Below, piece by piece: positions 1 through 11,300 of a stretch of 64,000 nucleotides of DNA. The notes under the pieces are model-generated. The model saw only the letters and a program-made list of their open reading frames with translations. It ran no database searches and was not told the DNA's origin. Each line of letters begins with the position of its first letter. The stretch's first letter is position 1. The position numbers and the translations under genes are program-made. The stretch comes from Antedon mediterranea (Eukaryota > Animalia > Echinodermata), in NCBI RefSeq assembly GCF_964355755.1, contig NC_092680.1, forward strand, positions 6,820,001 to 6,884,000. The letters run 5' to 3'.

Positions 1-276
1 TGCAATGACATTTCACTTTTTTCAATTAGATTATTTAGATATTAGGTACAGGTATTCGTTTTCCCTATTTCCAAATAACATTTGCAGTGAAACGCATGTT
101 TTAAATGACAAAACGTTGACAAATTTCAAAATATTGAATTGCAATATAGTCGTAAGCAACACCATACTAAACTATACTTATATAATCATTGGTTTAATCA
201 TTCCATGTCAATATGTAACTTATTTTTTTTGCACTTAAATAAGTTTGGTTAATTTATAAGTAACTTATTCACTTAC

Positions 277-619
277 TTCTTTTACAGATTCCCCCTTTCA
301 ATGTGTATGGCTCATTGTTTGGCGTCGTATCTTCTACTTCAACACACTCAAGTCCAGCGTCGCATTTACCCATGTAATTATGTGTACCCCCACATTTTTC
401 ACCCTCTTGTTTGGCGCACACCGGACAGCAACCACAAACGCCCGTCGTAACACCTCCCGGACACTTCAATTTTGATGCTTTTCTAGGCGAACAATGAACT
501 TCATTGCAAGGGGGGCACTTTAGTTCCGAAGCTCTAATGTCTCTGTTTTGTATTGCACCGCAGTCCGCTTGCGTAATCCAATTAAATATAAATATGGAAA
601 AGATAATGTATACATCCAT
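277..619 (-). CDS. Secreted IGFBP N-terminal-domain protein (CRIM1/IGFBP-related), first coding exon; gene probably continues beyond the left edge of the window
   Basis: ORF 269..619 has a hydrophobic signal peptide (MDVYIIFSIFIFNWITQADC) and a cysteine-rich IGFBP domain with GVCGCCPVCA and CGG..GKCD.GL.C. A GTAAGT donor at 276-271 (minus strand) ends the exon at 277 in phase 1, as expected for a signal-plus-IGFBP exon. Confidence 0.85.
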
Positions 620-1094
620 TGTAGAAAAAGTTATGTGCGTTTTCTAAGTAAGTTCAATTAAGTTGAGTTGACGTAATGCACGACGATATTAACAATGTTA
701 CGTCATAAGTATCATATCAATTATAATATCCGACTGTCAGAAATAAGTATGTCGTGTCCTTAAAATTCAACTTTTTTTAAAGAGAATACAATCAGCAGCA
801 CACAGTTAAGAATGCAAAATGCAATTCCTAAGAAATGTTATTAACATCAGTAGCCTATATACTACTCAAATTTTGCTGCGTTTTCGATCCTGTCGTGTCC
901 AAATTTGTTAGTTGCTTGCTATTAAGAGAATGGCTCAATTTAAGTCTCACAATCGAATGATAACGTGTGTGTGGGTCTTCGGGGACCCGGAATTATTCTG
1001 CAAACTTATTTCGATGATCAGTGCGTATCACTGTCTGTCTGTCGGGTTTATTTATGTGTAGGGAAACTCCTGGTCTGTTTAGCTGTCAATGCGA

Positions 1095-1195
1095 ATAAAC
1101 CAATCAGATCACTTGATTTTAGTGAATGCCGTCACTTCTTTAAAAGACGTGGTCAACTAGTGACGTCATAAGGAAGAAGTTTTTGATTGGATGAA
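1095..1195. promoter_or_regulatory. Probable promoter region between the divergent IGFBP-domain gene and FAM227B
   Basis: CCAAT box at 1100-1104, perfect CRE TGACGTCA at 1161-1168 and a reverse CCAAT (ATTGG) near 1186, in a CpG-retaining segment between head-to-head genes. An RFX X-box-like half site (CCGTGACAAC) lies near 1812. Confidence 0.4.
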
Positions 1196-2396
1196 ACTAC
1201 AGACGTTGGCGAATTTTTCTATCAATAATCACGAATCTAAATATTAGGCCTATACAATATTTACTAAATGCTTGGATTAACTAAACTTAATTGCTACTTA
1301 AATATACGGTTTATACTAACAAAAAGGGTTTATGAAATTCAATGCTATTTAATCAAGGTAGCCTATGTGATTACCGAAAGTCCAATTAGATGCTTCGATA
1401 TAATTATATATTATATAATTAAATTTAAAAAAGTACGAGGAATTAATTTAAAGCAATATAGCAAATATTACAAATTTAAAATTAAATAATAGCGTGATTA
1501 GACTCCTGTTTCGTTTACTTTAGTTCTTAGTCTTATCTTAATCTTAAAATCCATAATAAAACATTTAAGTGTAGTTGTAATGAGGAAAGCAAGAACACAT
1601 TGTCTACATTAAAGCAATGCAATTAATTGCCTTGATTAAAGTATCTGTTAATTTTGGTTGTTCTTAATGGATTGTAAAATAATACCGTACATGTTTTACA
1701 TCTCGATTGTGAATATTGTCTGCTGCCCTCATTAGTAAAAATTACTCAAAACATGCACAACAATCAAATCATCGTCCAAAAAAACCACACATCAACAAAA
1801 ACATTCGCGGCCCGTGACAACAAAAAATCAGAATGGGAAAGCTTATAAAGTAAAACTTTGATAAGCGTAAACATTAATTTGTATAGTTTACTGGCCCTAG
1901 GGCTAGAAATAAACTGTCCTCTATCTTCTATGCTAATAAAAGCCGCTTGCTTGCTAACTAGTAGAGACTCTAGGCTAGGCCTTAGCTAGCTCGATAGACT
2001 CGATAGAGTAGGACCACCACCGCCGGACGGGCCGGGGGCTGGAGCAGAGACGACGGCTAGATAGGCTAGCCTTAGCTAGAGGTATCGGCCTGTCTTGCCT
2101 ACCCTAGGCCTATATAGGGACCAAAATCATTAGTATCGAATTGAGTGGGTAGGCCTTTTCATGTCCAATTTTCCTGCTGTGATGACAATAAACAAGATTG
2201 TGGTATTAAATAGATGGTGGGGTTGTCGGAATCCGTCAAATCAGCCAATAATATTGTGGGTCATGTCGCAGATTTGTTGATTTGACACAAAACACCATGT
2301 AATGGAAGAATTGCGAAGATAATGCTAGTATTGATATAAAAATAGATTATTTAAAAATTATTTTTTTCAGAACATGATTGAATACTGACTAAAAAA

Positions 2397-5300
2397 ATGT
2401 CTAAGATTAAAGAAGAAAATGATAGTTTGGCCAAAACTAAAAAAAGTGAGCCTGCAGAAAATGTAGAAGAATGGATAAAAAAGAATGGCTATGTAAGTAA
2501 AGAGAATTTTTATTTTGATAAAATAAAAATACATGCTTATTAAAAATTAATATCATACTTTTATTTTTTATTATTTTAGGATGTTTGGTCAGAGCCTTCA
2601 GGTGTCAAAGGTTTTCTACCTGAGCAAGAAAAGCAAATGCTTGGCACAACCGAAGAAATAATTGAAGAACTTAAAAGCCATGCTCGTATCCTTTGTAAAA
2701 AGAAATAACCATTAAGCGCTGTCTACATTTTCAAACTAGTTTGACACAAAAAGTGTGATGTAACCAAATATGGTAGTGATATGCTAAAATAAGGTAGTGA
2801 TATGACATCATGTCCATATATGGGCACATCACATTTTTGTTATCACATACAATTTCAGTGTGAAATTAAGTCCGGTAAATTGACAAAACATGCTGTAGCC
2901 TTTGATTGCTCTTGTTTGTTTTTAATGGCTAGGCCTAACATACCACTAGTAGATAAGTGTTTATATTATATATAATTTTCTTGCACTATTTTTAATACCG
3001 GTTGGAGCCAATTTAGTCTGGCAAAACCAGCTTTGAGAGAATACTGAATTTGATACTGTAGATAGAGCTTAAAGTATATCATTTTGACAATAACAAATTT
3101 GAATTGTTTATAAGTCTTTATTTTCCATGATAAATAAATACAGCTTTTCCTATGTATATGTTGGAAAGATTAGATGCAAAAGTGGATGAACTTGAAGAAA
3201 AACTACATGTTTATTCCAATCAAATTATTACTGAAGATACTACATCTGGCAGACACAAGAATAATCTGTTCCATTCACCAGATAAAAGTAAGTTGGCAAG
3301 ACGAGAGTAATGAATATGTTAATGAGCATTTTGTATCGTTTTTGTCTACACTAGATCTATCAAACTGTATGTCACAAAAAAATGTGATGTGCCTATATAT
3401 GGACATGATGATATATCACTACCATATTTAAGCTTATCACTACCATATTTGGTTACATCACACTTGTTTTGTCAAACTAGAGACAGCGGTTGCAAATGTA
3501 TTACCTACAGAATAAAAACTTTTGATGGTAAGAGGTACAGTAAATGTGAACTTGACTGACTGAAAGTGGCTGCATTTAGGCTGATCAGGTTAAAAAAGGC
3601 CCACACAATCAATTAACTGATTTATAATAATTATCTTGATATAATATTTTGTCTTTTTCAGCTAGATATGTTTCATGTAAGTGAAGTAAAGAATTATTAA
3701 AAAATTGGTTTGGTTACTAACTTGCATATCAACATTAAAAACACACACTAACTTTTGTTTTTAATATGTGAATACGAGAATGTGATAGATCTGATTGCTT
3801 GTTTTGCTTTTTTTTTTCGTCCATGTTTTATATATTTTTTGGTTCACATTATAATTAATACAGCATTTTTTATTTAATTTTTGCTTTTTAAAGTATTTCC
3901 ATTTTTATCTAAATTTTTTTTAGCAAAACCAGGCTCGACAGTTTCAGATATAAAGCTCAGCATATATTATTTAGTTAATTATTTAATGTATATTGGTTTT
4001 TGTGATTGTAACACTACAATTGATTGTGATATTTGTTAATAATATTTTTATTATATAATGCATTAGCCAATTCTCAATACTCAATATGATTTTCCAGTAT
4101 CTTAGGCAAATTATGTAATACAGAGTCACATATGTATCACATGTCACACCTGTATCAATATCATAGGTCATAAGCCTAAATGTAACATACTGTAATGTGT
4201 GTATGATACTGTATAATATGTGGAGTACATAGAATTGGGTGATAATATATTTTTTGAATGTTTAAATTTTGTATTTGTTGTGTTAATGAAGGAATTTTGA
4301 TTTGAGTGAATGAACTAAAATTAAACATCAGTTCCTTATTGTTATTTTCGTAAGGCCAGTCTTAAAAGAAAATACACATCAGCCTGGTGAACAAAATAAA
4401 TATATTTAAAATTACATTACTAATATTGGTCATAGGTAGACTTAAAGGTAAGGTAAAAACAAATGTATTAATACTAAAAGTTGATATATATAAACTAGTG
4501 ATTTTTAAATTAAAATTATTTGGAATTTCAGTTATGAAAAAAGCTGCCGAGTCAGATGCTATAAAAGCTCACCGAGGAAAGTTACGCGATAAGAATTCTG
4601 AACTGCGATCTCTGATATTAGGCAGCAAAACAAGAAGCGTTGAGGCAAGTCATTTTTAAACTAGATATTTGTTTTAAAATGTCTATGTTTTTTTTTATTA
4701 TTTATTCTTTATACTGGGTAGCCTCTGCAGTCAAAAACTGTTCTCCCAGAGTGTATAGTACTATGATGAGTTTGTGACAGTGTGTGAACTAGTACACTGG
4801 GGTAACCCCCTTCTTCATCTCGAAAAATGTGCTACGTCCACATGAGCCAGATGTGTACATTGGACCTACAGTTTATAGTCTTTATCCGAGAAGACTCGTT
4901 CTACTACCAGAACCATGGAGCAAGTGAGCCTTGAACCCTTGCCGACGTATTACGGTTCCACTGTCTTAACCGCTCGGCCACTCACTCGGCCCCTTTACCA
5001 TCATCACTTTCATCACAATTATTATTGAAATCTTTGTTGGAAAAGTTATGTGTAGGTGTGTTGAATGTTATCAATTGATAACATTGTCATTTCCAGAACT
5101 TGTATGATATTTTACTTTTGGCCGTTCCTACTAATGCTATAATAAGATAACAATGATATTAGACGAAACCAGGATTCATAAATAATTGTATTATTTGTTG
5201 TAAACCCAGATTTAACTTTATTTACAATTTCTTTACAGGCCACAAGATATGCTGGATATAATCGTCATGAACTTAATGAACTACCACACGGCTTGGAAGC

Positions 5301-8300
5301 ACCACAGATACTGAACAGGGTCACCAAAGCACAGAATTTTAACGTAAGTGACTCATGTAAAATATGGATCAGGCTGCCACAGTTATTTGTGCCTGATTAG
5401 ATCATGACTGACAGTGATGGGTCAATTTTAATTTTTGTAAATTTGGTTAAATGGAAACATAACTGCAAATATTATATTAATGCACCTTTTTTACTTTTGT
5501 GAAGTATATTATTACTTGCTTTGTATGTGTGTTTTTTCAATTTCAAGTTATCTATTTTTATGTTGTTAATAGCTACATACCAACAGACCAGTGGCAGTAT
5601 TCACCATTAAAAGGGAAACACTTAAAATTAAAAAAAAAATTTCAATTTAAGTGAATACAATTTAAGGGAAATACTTAAATATTTATTGACTTATATGTCT
5701 GTTGTTATTGTAGCTATTACATACATAAAAAACACAAAACAAATATTTTTACCAAAATATTGGACCAAAATATTAAATAGCGCACCCTCTGCCTGCTCTC
5801 TGCATTAAGTTCACTCTTTTTCTGAATGCTTACTTTATGTTTTCTGGAGTAGCAACGGAACATTTAACCTATTACCGTTAAATTTGTTTTTTAGACTGGT
5901 TTTGAAAAGTTTTGGAAGAAGCTGTTCTTGTCCGAAGCGTCAATTGCCGTTATGCTTGATATGTTCTGGTGGTTCTTTATTGACAAGTTTGAGGTGATTA
6001 ATATTATCTGATATACTTATAAACATTCCTTGTTGTGTTGAAAATTATTATTTATCTAAAAAAAAAAAATTTGTCTACAGCTAAGTTGATTAAAAATGTA
6101 TTGCCACAGAATGTGATATCTTTATATTTATTTATAATTTGATTTGAATTTATTTGGAAAATCATCATAAAAAATACATACAAAGTGATAACATAAATTA
6201 CTGACATTACAAATAAAGACTTGCACTGATGAAGGGCTAGTGTTGCCCGAAAGCTCTGGCTAACTTTTCTGGCTGTTTTACTTATCGTTTTGATTTAGCT
6301 TTTCGCTTTTTTTTTGTATCTCCATTGAGATCCAGCCACTGATACCCACAGCATTGTCATTTTTTAGTAATATACATATATATTTACAAAAGATTTTCCA
6401 GGATAGCCCAAAAAGCTTATTAGCTTATTTACATTGAGATCCTTTTATAATCTAAAATAAAATGTATAAACGTTACAAAGTATTGCATTAAACAAATCAA
6501 TATAACAACAATAAGAATATATATAAAAAATGTTAATTAAAAAGACTATGATCGACTTACAGTTATTTGGTATAAAAAATAGCAATCACTAACTAATGCC
6601 GAATTTGATTGCTATACAATAAAAGACAATAAAATATAAATAGATACGGGTAAAATGCACTATTCACATTCACTTTATATTAATACATTTCAATAATAAT
6701 AAATTTACAATTTTCGTATTCGATTGGGACTTTTACTGTCTGTATAGTTTTTCCGTTAAGTACTTATCTAACAAAGTATTTTGAGCGTTGTGATTATTCT
6801 TAACGAAAAGGCTTGCGTTGTTAACGTTTCTATTCGAATGATTTTCTGGGAAGCTTGGTTCCCACTAGAACGTAAGGCAAGGACGTAAACGCAACGCAAG
6901 CATTTTAACCAATGACAAGCGAAGCTAGCAATCACAAGCAAATAAGCCATCGCTTGTGATTGGTCAATTCACTTGCGTTGCGTTACGTCCTTGTGTTGCG
7001 TCGCTAGTGGGAACCACGCTTTAAGCACATTTACAATTAACAATTCGAATACAAAAAGTACTCAAAGACTTACTGTTGACAACAAAAGTTCCCAATCGAA
7101 TACGACAATTTTTGTACATTTAATTCATATTTTCACATGCAAAAATCACACTTTTTATTTCTATTTTTGACACTGATAGACAAACAGGAAAACACAGGAT
7201 AAGAAGAAATTATTTAACCGAATAGCAGATAGTTTTGTTGCCTTATATATTAGTGTCAACCCAGAAATTAAAGACAAATTTTTTGCAGTAAGTATATATT
7301 GTCATTGGAATTCTTGTTTTAATAAATTTGTGTTCAATTGTGCAAATGTATGCTATGTAAAAAAACAATATACATAGCCTGCTTTACTTAAGCTACTCAT
7401 TAGTCCATCAATCATTTAAAGAAACTACTGTACACTATAAAAACCAATATTACCTTTATTTTTTGTTTATACATGCTGTACATGATGAGTGAGTGTGGCC
7501 GAGCGGTTAAGACAATGGAACCGTAATCCATAGCCATAACATCGGCAAGGGTTCAAGGCTCACTCGCTCCATGGTTCTGGTGGTAGAACAAGTCTTCTCG
7601 GATAAGGACTATAAACCGTAGGTCCAGTGTACATCTGGCTCATGTACACTTTAAAGAACCTAGTACATCTTTCGAGACGAGTAGGGGGTTACCCCGGTGT
7701 ACTAGTTCATACACACACACACTGTCGTGGACAGACGTAATGGCGCCGTAGTTGGCTGCCGATGACACGATGTGACCCTTAGGGGAGAAGAATGTTGTTG
7801 AAAAGATGTAACATCCAGTCCACAGCGCCTTTGATCACTTGTTGCTGGAATTGGCGCTTTACAAATTCGTATATATTATTATATTATTATTTTATTATTA
7901 TTATTGTACTGTAGCTTTACCAAGCACCCGATTCTCTGTATCTCCACATAATATACTTTGTCCCATAGATTAGGCCCTTCGGTATTCAGTGTCACATACA
8001 GTATGTGGCACCTGTATCATGTTCAAAAACATTTGATGTCACTACCATATTTAGGTATATCACTACCATATTTGGGTACATCACACTTTTTTTGTCAAAC
8101 TAGTTTGGTAGTGTAGATAGACGAGCTGTAGATTGCAATCATTTGTAATTTCTTCAGTTTTTTGGGGAGATGATAACATTTTTCTTATGTTTGTTACCCT
8201 AGGTTTATTGTGATTGCCTGGCCCAGTGCTTGTTTGCCGCATACCTGGATGCATTTACAGACTCTCACAAGGTGTTTGATGACAACTTTAAACAAGATCT

Positions 8301-11300
8301 TGCTTCTTGTGTTTCTGACTGGGTTTCAGGTGTCAAAGCTCCGCCTTTTGCCTGGAAACATTGGGATATTAAGAAACTACGTCCTAAAGGATTAACTAGG
8401 GAAAAAGAAGAGGATAAAATGAAGGTGGTTCTTATCAAAGATGGAAAGATCAACCATGATGGTAAACTAATATAATAAAATTTTTATTATAGTATAAAAG
8501 GTCCTACTTATTAATAGACTTTATACTGATATAGCCTTATAAAGAGTACTATTGATATTAAGGCTCAGTCTACTCTATCAAACTTTATGTGACAAAATAT
8601 GTGATATGACCATATATGGACACGATGACATCATATCACTACCATATTTGGGCACATCACACTTTTGTTGTCAAATTAGTTTAATAGTGTAAACAGAGCT
8701 TAACATTTCCTGTGTATAAAGTTCATGCCTGTCCATCCAGCTAATGTTATGTTATGACTTTGCTTTCCTTTTTCTTTAGCCAACTTCTCCATTGAGGTTG
8801 AACCAGAGGAAAAACCTGCCGTTGATACTGGAGTTTCTCGCGAATTAACAATGATGTCAATGAAATCCAGAATACCACCAATTGGTGCAACTACCATGCC
8901 TTCTGCAAGACTAAGCAATGCCATCCCATTTAAAGAGGTTTTTCCTTTATTTTTGTCTTATTAGTTTTATCTTAAGCTCTGTCTACACTATCAAACTATT
9001 TAAAAGTGCCCAAATATGGTAAAGTAATATAATGGTAGTGATATGACATCATCAAGTCTATATTATGGGCACATAAAATTTGATAGTGTAGACAGAGCTT
9101 TAAATACATTGATCCTGATGACAGTATGTGGCAACCCCTTTTCGTTATCTCCATTTAGTCTCATGAAACGGGACCAGGACCAGGTTTTGAACGAGTGTTG
9201 TTCAACATTGGAGGGCGCAGTCCACTCGTGGCACACTACCTTTACATGAAAGGTTTGACGACAAATGAAAATCATGGCAGAAATGTTAGAAGAACTGAAA
9301 TTTCAAAACCTCAATATCCTTTTGTTTTATATGCTATTGTAGTTAATAATTAATATCCATCCTTTTGTTTTCTGCAAGTGTTAAACTTGTGCACCAGAAG
9401 ATCCACTACATAACTTATAACAAAAAAAGTGTCACTATTCCAAAAAAAAGTTGTGGCACAACACATAGGCCTTCTACAGTTTAAGTAGCAACAAGAAGTA
9501 ATAACGACAAGAAAAACATTGAGAATGGATAATATAAATATTCAAATAGATTGAAGCATTTTATTCACAATATATCCACTTATTTGGGGTAACCATTGTC
9601 CTCTCACTTTGCATGATTTGAGAGTGTGTCATTTTGCCATTTATAGTGTATGCATCTTTTGCGGCTGCCTACGATCATGTGTTTGGGTTTCTAGGCTCTC
9701 TTGGTCTTGTATTTTCATATCATTGCCCAATAAATATTGTTTTTTAAGTTCCTAGTAAAATTTCCTTAATTAGAATTCAAGCCCCCAGCACCAACATACC
9801 GTGATGTTATAAGGAACACGCGCAAAATGAAAAAAGCTTTGAATTCCGAGTACCAAAGGTAACATTTTTAAGTATTTGATATATATGTACATTATTAATA
9901 ATATTAGTAACAGTCTATATTTATTCGATGATCTGAAACTTGGCAATTTCACAGTTTACAAACTATTAAATTAATTTTACTGTAATACCATGGATTGAAT
10001 TTAATGGAATGGAGCTTAAGGTTGGCGTTTAACATGCGTTTCTTTCAATTTCATGGTACAGTGTTTAATGCTGGAGTTTTACCTGTACTTACACTACTTC
10101 CTAAGCCTCAGGCTTATTTTTTAAGCAAAATACAGATTATTCATGCTGTAATTGCCGAGTTAACTTGCTGGTCGAGGTGTATGAAATAATGATTTTAAAA
10201 ATAAAGATAATGACCACCATTTATAGTTTACATGCCTCCTATAATATGATTACTTCCAGCATCACCCATTTTTCTATTGACACTACTAAGAACTATAATT
10301 AACACAACAATTTATATTTAGAATAAGTGAGTCTGCTTCCAAAGATATTGCACAAATAGAACGTAATCAGGCAGAGCAGGTGAGAGAAATTGAAAACTTG
10401 AAACAGCAAATCATTCACCATAATATTGACATGAAGATTTTGAGTGAAAGAATTCTAGACCTAAGGGTATGTTTCTGTCTTTCTTTTTTTTCATATTTTT
10501 AACATGTTCATTATTTACCTGTTACACCATCCTGTGTGTGGAGTAAAAGTAAAATAGATGGTACTACATCATTTCCATTAGAAAAAATAATGTTTTGTAC
10601 TACCCCCAAATGATAGAGGGTGCTATATCGTTGCTGTTCTATCAAAACCTTGTATCTACATACATTTTTTTCCTGAAATAATAATAATAATGTTGTGAGG
10701 GTTACCGTTACATATATGTTTTAGAATCAGTTTTTACACACACATTACATCTCATCATGTTTGTAGCAATAATCTACAGTACAACAACAATATTTTATAA
10801 ATTATAGCTAGAACTTAATGTCTAAAACCTTTTATACACCGTTTTATGAAACTCATGACAACTAAGTAGTGTAACATTGTGTCCTACCAATACAATCTAA
10901 CATGATGATGTGCTCTGGCGATCAAGGGTTTATCTGTGGCTGCGACATGATCCGTTCCACACCCTTTAACAGACACTGCACACTGCGGAGAATATGTACA
11001 TAGTACAGTAATGTTGGTGTTTGTCGCAGCCAGACATAAGATCAAAGGACTTTTACAAGTTTATATCTTAGCAAGGCGAGTTCAGTGTCCTGTTAGATTG
11101 CCTTGGTCCTTTTACGTTTAACAATTACTCCTTTCATTTTATAACTTGTACAGTTACCTATAGCATGATATTGTGACTTTATTATCTCTTTGAATACATT
11201 AAACTTGTCACATTTATAAACAGGAAGGAATCACATTTTATGTATTTACTGGTAGTAGTTGTAATAGAACTCATTTACCTTATTTTTTTTTTATTATTTA

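Noticed and set aside
8938-8950. GTTTTTCCTTT donor as a third U12 intron
   Set aside because: It does not match RTATCCTT, there is no U12 branch upstream of 9158, and the acceptor has a normal pyrimidine tract.
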